Assembly: GCF_964204645.1 (NCBI RefSeq) | Contig: NC_134033.1 | Coordinates: 15,322,655-15,386,654 of the forward strand | Length of the DNA stretch: 64,000 bases | DNA from: Tubulanus polymorphus | Taxonomy: Eukaryota; Animalia; Nemertea | Direction of reading: 5' to 3' | Part shown: positions 12,920 to 23,090 of the stretch, piece by piece | Position numbering within the stretch: the first letter of the stretch is position 1 | Layout of the letters: every line of letters begins with the position of its first letter | The notes under the pieces: generated by a model | The model's database searches: none | What the model saw: the letters and a program-made list of their open reading frames with translations, nothing else | Told to the model about the DNA's origin: nothing | Translations under genes and position numbers: made by a program

Positions 12920-15900
12920 TTATGAGAGTGTCGCTCTTTGAGTTGTTGTCTCGGATGTAAACGTTCCACCTCGAGAACCGACAAACTTATCGTAACTAAA
13001 ACAACAAAACAACAAACAAGAAAATAAGTTCACGATGCTTATCAAATACAATAAAATCATAATCTAGGTTACAATAACAGACCCGGCAGTTATAGAAATA
13101 CACTGATTACAAATTACTTATTGCAGTGGCCTATTTTTGACCCGCTCCCTAAGGGGTCATTCATTTATTACGTACGCATTAGGGGAGGAGGAGGAGTCAG
13201 TGCAATTGCGTACTGTAATGCTTAATGTATACGAAAAAATGGCCGATTTTGCGTACAGAGGGGGAGGGGGGCTGAAAAATTCAAATTTTATGCGTACGTA
13301 ATAAATGAATGATCCCTAATAGGAAACCCAGTATGATAATTCACCCATTAAATATACTTCATCTCTCCAAAACTTACATCATTTGGTAACGCATTCTCTC
13401 GCTAGGTGTCACTGACGGTCGTGTGTCCGACAACGCGTTCTCGATGTTAGCCATAGATACCGCAGCGCCCGACGAGACAGATTCTTTCATAGCGTCGCCG
13501 TGGCTAAAATCAGTTTTCTTGTCACGAAACATAGTGCGTTTAACCTGCGTGATAAAGAAGAAATATTTGCTTGAAGTGTGCTACTAGTGTTATACTAAGG
13601 ATTAGGGTAATGTGTCAAACAAGCACTGGCCTAATTTGGGACCTGTGTGCCCGGGGCAAAATACTTGCGCGATGATCCAAAGCTGTCGGAAGGAATTTTT
13701 CAGTGGCGAGGCTTATTTTTGAAGGGTGGTCTGGGAGCCCCTCCCCTAGAAAAATTTTGAAAATTCAATCGCCAGAGATGCGTTTTGGGGCCATTTCACG
13801 GTCTCATTCACAGAAGCATGAGAAGTCATGAGCCAACCACCTAGTACAGAGAACGACGAGCTGCTACGCAAGACAGCGTGCTTTTGAACAAATTTTTTTT
13901 AAGCCCCTGCCGCCCCTGTTCCGACGGCCCTGTGATCTCAGCTAATATATTCACCTGATTCAGAATTGTATCTTTTTCATCTCGCGAAATTTCGACGATT
14001 CCCTCGACTGCATTCGCCACGTACAAAACATCGTCTTCGTCGTCATCGGTGGCTTCATGAGTTCGATCATCGATTTCTCGATTGTCGGATTCTCGTAATT
14101 GATGATCATCCATCGATCGATGAATAGCGTCTAGTTGCGCGTTGTAAAGTAGAGCTTTTAGATCGGCGCCGCTGAAGTGTTGACAGCGACGAGCGATTTC
14201 GTCGACATCGACGTCGTTTGACAATTTCATACGTCGTGTTAAAGCTTTTAATATTTCCACTCTCTCTTCCTGCAATATATCAAATATAGAGACAACAGTT
14301 AGATAAATACTAGTAGTGACAAGTTTCCCAAATCTCTGTTTTCTCTGAGGTTTAAAAAAATTCCCCGAGTTAATCTGCGACAGGTGAATGGAGAATTTTC
14401 TTGGTTTGAAATGTTACAGTTTATTCATTTTTCATGAATCATGTACTGATAAAGATTTTTCTAGAATTTAAGCCAAATTTTCAAATTCCCTGGTTTTCCC
14501 TGATGACTACAGCAGGGGTTTGTACTGCAACTGAGTCTCATGATGTCCAGATTTGAACCCAGCTGAGGGAGGATGTGTCTACTAGGGCAGGGGTTTGTAC
14601 TGTGACAGAGTCTCATGATGTCATCAGGTTTAAATCCCTGCTGAGGGAGGATGTGTCTACTAGGGCAGGGGTTTGTACTGTGACAGAGTCTCAAGAGTTA
14701 CCTGCTGAGGGAGGATGTGTCTACTAGGGCAGGGGTTTGTACTGTGACAGAGTCTCAAGAGTTACCTGCTGAGGGAAGATGTGTCTACTAGGACAGGGGT
14801 TTGAATTGTGACAGAGTCTCAAGAGTTACCTGCTGAGGGAGGATGTGTCTACTAGGACAGGGGTTTGTACTGTGACAGAGTCTCAAGAGTTACCTGCTGA
14901 GGGAGGATGTGTCTACTAGGACAGGGGTTTGTACTGTGACAGAGTCTCAAGAGTTACCTGCTGAGGGAGGATGTGTCTACTAGGACAGGAGTTTGTACTG
15001 TGACAGAGTCTCAAGAGTTACCTGCTGAGGGAGGATGTGTCTACTAGGACAGGGGTTTGTACTGTGACAGAGTCTCAAGAGTTACCTGCTGAGGGAGGAT
15101 GTGTCTACTAGGACAGGGGTTTGTACTGTGACAGAGTCTCAAGAGTTACCTGCTGAGGGAGGATGTGTCTACTAGGACAGGGGTTTGTACTGTGACAGAG
15201 TCTCAAGAGTTACCTGCTGAGGGAGGATGTGTCTACTAGGACAGGAGTTTGTACTGTGACAGAGTCTCAAGAGTTACCTGCTGAGCGAGGATGTGGGTTT
15301 GTGCTTTGACAGTCATTAGATTTATATCAGTATTTACCTGAGAAGGCATCGAACAATAAAGAGATTTATCGAGTCGCCCAGGACGGAGTAAAGCCGGGTC
15401 GATTAAATCAGGACGACTCGTCGCGGCCAATACGTAAACACCGTCTAAACCTTCGACACCGTCGAGTTGAGTTAGTATCTGATTGACGACACGATCTGTA
15501 ACTCCGGTGCTGTCGTGACCACGCCTTTATAAAAATATACAACTTGATTTTATATACAACACACGAGGAAAACGTAAAATCCCATAATGAAGAAAAAAAT
15601 GTCTGAAATGTTTCTTCTAGAGGTAGTAAGTGTAGTTAATTTGATGTTTCAACTATATCCCGATACTATCAGGTATTACTACAGGGTCCGATCTACGCAC
15701 TCGTTTGATTGCCCGGGACAAGTATATTCTCATCAGGGCAAGTAGGTTATAATTATCACTTGTCCCCCGGGCTAGTGCAATTTTATGTCACAAAGCTTTT
15801 TTCCCACTCGATACAACGGATGATAGTGCCCCAAATCGGGACTGCCTGTGTAGGGCAAGCAACTTTTGGAGGGGGCAAGCGAAATTTCAGATATGCTTGC

Positions 15901-18900
15901 CCCTCGGGCAAGTGGCTTTCATTCCTTAGATCGGACCCTGTTACTATCAGTATTCCTGGGGATGACTATCAGATAGTCATCCTCAGGAATACTGACTATT
16001 AGGATAAAGTCGAAATGTTGAATACCGGTAATAAACTACACTAATTCAAGGAAACATTTCAGACTTTTTTCTTAAGATTTTAAATCAAAAACAGGATAAA
16101 AATTCAATGGTACGTTAAGTAAATTGTTGCTGATTTTCAAACCCCCAATTTACCAGGTACACAATTCTAGGTATTATTTACATAAGAATAATTGACTATC
16201 CCTCCTGCCATGGTTGTGTCCACTGACCTTGGAGCCAAAGAGTCAAACTCATCGAAAAATAGAATACAAGGTTTAGCGCTTTGAGCTCTGGTAAATAAAT
16301 CTCTAACAGCCTGTTCACTCGCTCCGATGTACTTGCTCAATAATTCAGGACCCTGAAATAGAGATGGTGTCATAAGTAGGAGCTCATACTGACCAAATCT
16401 TAGGCCTAGTCTTAGATTGGTAAAAGAACCAAATTGAGCTTAGACTGGTCTCAAGTTGTTAGATTAGCTATAGAACTAAAATGAGTTCAGACTGGTCTTA
16501 AGTTGTTAGATTGGTTATAGAACCAAAAAAGAGCTTAGACTGATCTCAAGTTGATAGATTGATTATAGAACCAAAATGAGCTTAGACTGATCTCAAGTTG
16601 ATAGATTGATTATAGAACCAAAAAGAGCTTAGACTGATCTCAAGTTGATAGATTGATTACAGAACCAAAATGAGCTTAGACTGATCTCAAGTTGTTAGAT
16701 TGGTTATGGAACCAAAATGAACTTTGACTGGCATTAAGTTGCTAGATTGGCTACATAAAACTACGATGGTCTTGGACTGGTTTTTAAATCTAAACCACAA
16801 CTCTGCTCATGTCTTAAAATTAAAGTCATAAGATGTTTGAATAGTTTAAAAGACTCAACAAGAGTTGCGACTACTAACCTTAATACTGATGAAATTAAGC
16901 TGGCATTCTTTAGCGATGATCCCGGCTAGTAGAGTTTTGCCGGTTCCGGGCGGACCATACAGTAATATTCCTGAACGCACTCTCAATACACAGTTACTAA
17001 ACAACAGCGGATACTACAGAAAATAAAATATATAAGATTAATTTTCTATTATCACCATTCAGTACATTTAGTAGAGAGTAGAGATTGATTACTTGGAGCT
17101 GCAGTTGCCCCAAAATTTGCTTACAGTACAGAGGCGGATTTAGACCGTGTCGACCGTGTCGCCCGACACGGTCGGAATTTTTAAGTGCCTTTTTATTTTT
17201 TCTCTGTATCAAAATTTGCCGTCGTAACCACCTGAGATACACAATAGATATTTTTCCTAAATATATAACCTATATTTCTTGACTTAATGCCTCTCAGAGA
17301 TGCTCAGAAAGCTCTAAAATGATAGTAAAATTTCAAAGATTTTGCTGAAACGCCTTTGCGTCTTAAATTAAGAATATATGCCCATATATTGGTCGACATT
17401 GTCACAACATGCCCCTTGATCCGCCCCTGCAGTAAACCTTTGGGTCAAGAACGTGACAATTGAACCTGCAGTTTTTCGATAACCATCTTGTGAGCATTTG
17501 ACCATGGAGCAGGGAGCCATTGCAAGAACAAGACATCATATACCGTAATTGTGACTAACAAAACTTAAAAAGTTTTGTTTTTTGTTCCTGTAAACCCAGT
17601 TAACTGATAAAATTATTGAAATACCTTCGATGGCCACAGTAACGTTTCGACTAACGATTTCCTGACATTTTCTAAACCTCCGATATCTGCCCAACCTAAC
17701 TCCCCCGCTGTATGCAATGGTACATTCCGCAGCGAAAGCGGTTTGAACCCCTCGACAGCAACGTTGAACTCTTCGGTCGAAATGACGTGCGCGTCGGGTT
17801 TACAACAATCGCAATCGGCGCCACCTGGTTGTCGTAAATGCGTATGTAAAGCGCGGTCTAACAGTCGTTTGATATCGCGCGCTACGAATCCTTCCGTTTT
17901 ATCGCAAATATCCTCCGTATTCAAACTATCGATAAGTTCGGGATTAACAGACGGATGTCGTTTTATCAACGTCGACAATATATTCAACCTCTCGCGCTGA
18001 AATACAACACGTTTTAATCATTTAGAGAGATTATCCGAGATGGGAGGTTCGTCTTTGGACTAGAAAACGAATTTTGAGGAATTAGATAAATGCGATACAA
18101 TACTCTGCCCACCCCTTCTGAACACGCAGATGCAATATCGCTGCATATTCATGAGACCTATTCAATATTTATGAAAGTGGATTTGCTTCGAGGAATAAGA
18201 AATGTTGGACAAGGTCGAACTTAAGATGAAAAGTTCTTTCTTACCTTCATCGTTTACGATGAATTATCCGATGCATTTGTATCAGCTTCGTTGCAAAGAG
18301 ATCAGTAATCTCTTCGCAAACGAAAACCGATACACTGTAATCATTACAGTGTATAGAATATTTTCTACTCAAAGAGAAGGCTTCCCCCCAAGTGTGTGTG
18401 GGGGGTATGTTCCAATCCACGATCCCCCTTGGCTACTCAGCGCCCTGATAATACGCAGCCTGAAATCTGCAGCCTTTCAGCACGAGACTACCCCATAGGA
18501 CAATCAAACTTTATTACCTTATTTGGAACAGTCATCTCGATGATTTCTGGGAAGAAATGCCAGCCTTGGCATGATGCCAACGTCTCGTGTATAGCAGACG
18601 ACGTCACACATGTCGCTATGACGACAATTTGACGCTTACTCGTGGAACATTCGACGAATAAATCTTTGATAACTTCGGCAATTCGAGCGTTGTAAACGGC
18701 TTGCGGTCCGATTTCCTGTTCCGGACCGACCGGTGCTGCCACCAGGTGATCGATATCGTCGAACAATATAACGGACGGTTGTCGCCACGACGATTCGATA
18801 AACGTCTTATGGAAGATTTTGGCGATTGTGTCGATGCGTTTACCTGCAAGAGAAAATGGAAATAAAATATTCAGAGAACCAAGAAAAATGAAACGAAAGA

Positions 18901-21900
18901 AAAGTTCTTCAGAAGTTTTTTGTTAATTTACCTTTCAGTTGTTTACATTCAATAACCTTGACATTGACAGCAGACGGGCTTTCATTCAGCGACTTACAAA
19001 CCGCTCGAGTCAAGGTCGACTTGCCGACACCGCGAGCACCGCAAACTAGTAGACAACCACTAGCGACACCTGGTGTACGCGATAACAACTCGTTTGCTAT
19101 GGGTTTTATGAGTAATCCGGACTCCAAAAACTGGACAATGCGTTTAACGTAACCATCCACACCTCTGGAAAAATATCATCTACAGTTTTAAGATCTAACA
19201 ATCAATCCTTGCTAGTCCTCCCCCTGATAGTCATCCCCTTGCTAGTCCTCCCCCTGCTAGTCCTCCCCCTGCTAGTCCTCCCCCTGATAGTCATCCCCTT
19301 GCTAGTCCTCCCCCTGCTAGTCGTCCCTCGCGTTAATCTAGTCACAGACGGACATAGAGCCTTCGATTTCTCTGCTCCCCTACTCTGGAATAATTAACCT
19401 AGTCTAATCAATTCATTCAATCAATGTTTTCGAAACCATTCTCAAAACCCGTTTGTTCATCAAAGCTTTTAATTGAACTGGTTTTAGTTATCTCTGTTCT
19501 CCTTTTATGATGTAAAAATATGAACATATTCTATATGGATTTTAGGCTGCATAAATTATCACAATTATCAAAATGCTAAATTAAGCTGAAGTTGTCCTTC
19601 GAGATTTATTTTTAGTTCTACTGTTCATTTACCCGAGTGAAACCAAATCTAATCCTTCCACCTTGTTATCGAGTTCATCTACACTGTCTGCCAAACTGTA
19701 TCCTAGCGATTCGACCGATACATTTATCGCCAAATTTTTCAGCAACTTTGGATGTAACAAGCCGTATGATTGGTTAGATGTTGGCGCCGTGTTGACATCA
19801 TCGGAACTGGGGTCGTCCTTTTTGAATTCGGGTTCGATGATGACATCAACTTCAGAATCTGGAACAAAGTAAACAGCATGTTTATGTCAGTTGTGACTGG
19901 ACTCGTCATGCAGGCTCCATCACGCCCGACGCCTCGCTGAGATGCCAGGAGGGTGCTTAACTAAAATCTCTGATAGGGGGCCTATACGGCATATCGTTTG
20001 GCCAAACATAAGATATGGTACCAATTATGTGCTACTGTTGGCGCGCTTTGTCTTGAAAACGATTACAAATTTGAGCGGGGGGGGGGAGGGTCACAACCCC
20101 TGAAAACCCCTTCCGGATACGCGTCTGCTGCCCCGGAATTCAGTTGCCGCCTCATGGAGAAAAGTGACGATTGATGATTACGCCGGGTATTTACCTGGAC
20201 CTAAAGGCAACGAGATGAAGGTTCCATTCGCGACCACTAGGGGGCACTTTTCGCTGCAACAGGATAATATCCAATACGTGAAGGCGATCTTAACCATTTC
20301 AATGTTGAATTCCAAACTCTGTAAAAACGACACTAAAGATCATCAGGGTGGCGCCACTTTCCGGACATTAACGAATTTCCCTGATTTTCTATGTGATAAC
20401 ACAAATTCACAGAGTGAATCAAGAAAAATTTTTGTGGTTTAATATGTTGCAATTAATCCATTTTTTATGAATCACGTACTGATAAAGAAACATTATCCGA
20501 ATTCCCAGATTTTTGATAAAATTTGTAAACTCTGATTTTTTCTAGATATTTCTGCCGATTCCCAAAGTTCCCAAAGTTTTCCAGGTCAGAGGTGATCATT
20601 AAGAGATGGAATAAATTCAGGAGGGGGGATGAATCGCAAATCAATTACTTACCAAAGGCTTCACTAAATGTAGGACAACGGATTCAATAACGGGCGTTGG
20701 TAAATAATGGACGGACTCTATTTCGACTCGACTCGCGACTTCTAAACGTAGTCGACGACGTAACGTCGGCGACACTAAAACGCGGTTTTTCAGCGACGGA
20801 TCAAAATTTCCGGCGCTGCGAAGAATATCATCGGTCATCGAACCCGGACGAACGCGCTTCACCCTAATGATGCAACAATCGAACCGATCGCCACCCGACA
20901 ACGAAACATCGATATTTTCCGATTTCGACACCGATTTTCTGACTTTTTTATCGGCTTCGCGTTTTTCGATTTCATTCGGCGACGGAATTTTCGTCAAACG
21001 TGCGACGAACGAATCGGGCGAAAAATCATCGTCGCCGTCGACGACAGTGGCGTCGTCTATAAACACGGTCGTCGGTTGAAGCGACGGATAATCGACGTAG
21101 CGATTCGAGGCGGCGCTGTTTCGCAACAATCGGGGCGTCCGTCTGCCAGTCGCTAGGTTACGGAGAACGCGACGGTTTTGAGCGTGCTCGAAAACGGCGC
21201 GTGACAAGTCGCCGACGTGTTGAACTCGTCGTCTCAGACGGATCGGTCGATTCGATAACTCGCCGAATTCGTCCCGCGAGTTTTTAGTTTCCGCGGTTCC
21301 GAAGTAAAAATCTCGCACGTAATTCAAACCTCTTCGAAACAAAGATGGCCGCCGATCGTCATCGCTATCTTCGCTTTCGTCGGATGAATTCGTGGTCGTT
21401 AATCGACCATAGGGGTCGCTACTGTCCGTCTGGCTCGGATACGCCTCGTTGTCCGGAATCAGATCGGGTTTCGGTGAAACGTAGTTGTCGGTTTCACCGC
21501 CAGGTGGCCACCGGTCTTTCGGAGCGATCAGAATCTGAGTGTTCGGCATGAGAATCGTACATTTTGCAGAAGGAGACATTTCTCCTGAAACAGAAAAAAA
21601 TTCACTCGATTTCATTTGCTGGAAATAAAAAAAGAAATGCCAAAAAAGTTTGAGGCTGAGAAAGCCACATGGCAAGTGGAGTGCAGGTCCAGACTAAGGG
21701 CAGGGGGTGCATGGTACACGCTCATCTTGGTATTGTTTCAGTAAAATGAAATACCTATCTTAACGTAGACACAAGTATAATCTGAGACCCAAATCGGAAT
21801 TATTTGTCCTTGCCAAATCACTCGTACTTGATCCAAAATATGTTCCTCAGCAAATTGGGCGTGTAATTCCTGAAATAACACAATACAACTTGCCTAATGA

Positions 21901-23090
21901 TACTAACAACTTTTGGTTAATTCACAAGTCTACAGTCTGGCACCAACAGTACTGTAGTTTAGTCAGTAATTGGACTGCAGTCAGTAACCCAAAGCCTAAA
22001 AAGTTCAAATTTCATTGAAAACAAACTGATTTTCACTACGAATAACCTTCGATGCGCCATCTGGTGGTGACAGACAATACTAACCAGTATTTCCCAGTCG
22101 TCGATAGAAACCGGTTCCATGAACGCTCGTTGACATCGTTCAACGGCGTCTAAAACCGGATTTAAAACGACCCGATCTCCGTTAGACAGGTTCAATTTAC
22201 CGGCGTACCAGCCGTTTATTGCGATCGTATCCGAGCGACGATTAAACTCTCCTCCGGCCGAACTCATAAACGCAACCGATTCTGACGTCGTCGTCGTTAA
22301 ACTCACAACCAATACCTATAAATAATTGCGTTGAAGTTTTAAAGTATTTTTAGACGCAAAGTCAACGATAAATTATTTTTTACCGGGGAGAAGTGACATA
22401 ATTATTTTTTTCTTTAAACCAAAATGAGTTTTATTTCACAAAAAACAAGGATCCAGTTCCACAGTTGGAACAAGTTGTGAGTTAAGATTTGACTCTGAGT
22501 TAAAGTTAGTTCATTTTCAATGAGTTAACTCTTCACTCACAACTGTGGAACTGGATCCTTTTGATTAGACCCAAATGGACCCTGCTGATGAGCCCTTTCG
22601 ACGTCCTAAATTTTTTGTATTTTCCTTATCATCCACTATTCTTTTAATTTCCCATCGAAATTTTGAATCTCTATTTACAAAACTTGGTAAAAGTGCAGAT
22701 CCACACCTCTCGTGATTGACGCAATCTGCTGAATGACAGAATCCAGGCTAAAATCTTTCTACTCTCTCTAGTGAAGATATCTTTAAATTAACCAATTTCA
22801 ATGTAGGCCTACTGAATTGCTGATGACATTTTGAATCTGAAACAATGATATTTAATGTAGGCTAATTGATTGAACTGTATACACGGAGAGGTGTGGATCT
22901 GCACTTTTACCCAAAACTTAGTTGATTGTCTCGAATAAATTGAAATCATGCTCACATTGTTGATATTATCAGCTGTCTCGAACCCGGTTCCTTTTTTCTT
23001 CAAAACGTCTCGAACGAAATTTTCAGGTAGTGACACAAAACAGTGACGATTACTGTTGTAATTCACAGTGACAACTCGTGATTGCGCCAT
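12920..23090 (-). CDS. PEX1: Peroxisomal AAA-ATPase PEX1 (peroxisome biogenesis factor 1), 15 coding exons, 1232 aa
   Basis: Phase-consistent GT-AG exons: 23090-22956, 22315-22085, 21869-21755, 21584-20653, 20318-20195, 19858-19633, 19164-18932, 18843-18518, 17996-17625, 17013-16879, 16352-16228, 15524-15338, 14269-13955, 13544-13378, 12995-12920 (3699 nt, ending in TAA). PEX1 N-domain motifs are present (CFVSLP; [15 protein letters not shown]...LDQVRVI). D1 carries GARGVGKS and ILFDDID. D2 carries [61 protein letters not shown] and [20 protein letters not shown]. The C-terminus is QRATLS*. Confidence 0.96.
13153..13316. mobile_element. PIF/Harbinger (Tourist-like) MITE
   Basis: TAA|ggggtcattcatttattacgtacgcat ... 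atgcgtacgtaataaatgaatgatccc|TAA. Confidence 0.85.
14510..15295. repeat. 64-bp minisatellite (about 10 full copies) in PEX1 intron 12, derived from a tRNA-like SINE head
   Basis: The unit cctgctgagggaggatgtgtctactaggacaggggtttgtactgtgacagagtctcaagagtta starts at 14637, 14701, 14765 ... 15277. The two upstream degenerate units retain the SINE B-box region. Confidence 0.92.
15560..16075. mobile_element. Degenerate PLE terminal-repeat inverted structure interrupted by a MITE
   Basis: Same family as 4686-4884 (aatcccataatg..., gtttcaactatatcc, atagtcatcctcaggaatactgactattaggataaagtcgaaatgttg). Confidence 0.6.
15682..15940. mobile_element. MITE with 14-bp TIRs
   Basis: ttacta|cagggtccgatcta ... 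tagatcggaccctg|ttacta (apparent 6-bp TSD), with internal gggcaag repeats. Confidence 0.8.
16400..16800. repeat. 47-bp tandem array (about 8 copies) inside a MITE-family element
   Basis: Unit gagcttagactgatctcaagttgatagattgattatagaaccaaaat. Related elements lie at 40057-40196, 55483-55880 and 63305-63400. Confidence 0.85.
17129..17429. mobile_element. Second copy of the CAGGGGCGGAT-TIR DNA element, 5-bp TSD
   Basis: cagta|cagaggcggat...atccgcccctg|cagta. Confidence 0.85.
19207..19329 (+). repeat. 15-bp tandem repeat, about 8 copies
   Basis: Unit (c/t)tgctagtcctcccc, with tgatagtcatcccc variants. Confidence 0.9.
19314..19472 (+). mobile_element. L2/CR1-clade LINE ORF2 C-terminal remnant
   Basis: Translates [27 protein letters not shown]...[10 protein letters not shown], matching the L2/CR1 C-terminal motif (GDRAFS.AAP.LWN.LP...FK..LKT.LF). 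Confidence 0.75.
22449..22557. mobile_element. Short palindromic MITE (GGATCCAGTTCCACAGTT TIR), abundant family
   Basis: ggatccagttccacagtt...aactgtggaactggatcc. Relatives lie at about 10815, 26894, 32584, 34243, 49992 and 63400. Confidence 0.85.
22686..22911. mobile_element. Merlin-like MITE in PEX1 intron 1
   Basis: TIRs ggtaaaagtgcagatccacacctct / agaggtgtggatctgcacttttacc with an exact 8-bp TSD caaaactt. GG-N-R-M termini plus an 8-bp TSD fit the Merlin superfamily. Confidence 0.8.

Noticed and set aside
14637-15295. Regular 64-bp array resembling a CRISPR array
   Set aside because: There are no unique spacers and no cas genes, and it lies in a eukaryotic intron. It is a minisatellite. 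The same applies to the 28.4 kb and 60.4 kb arrays.
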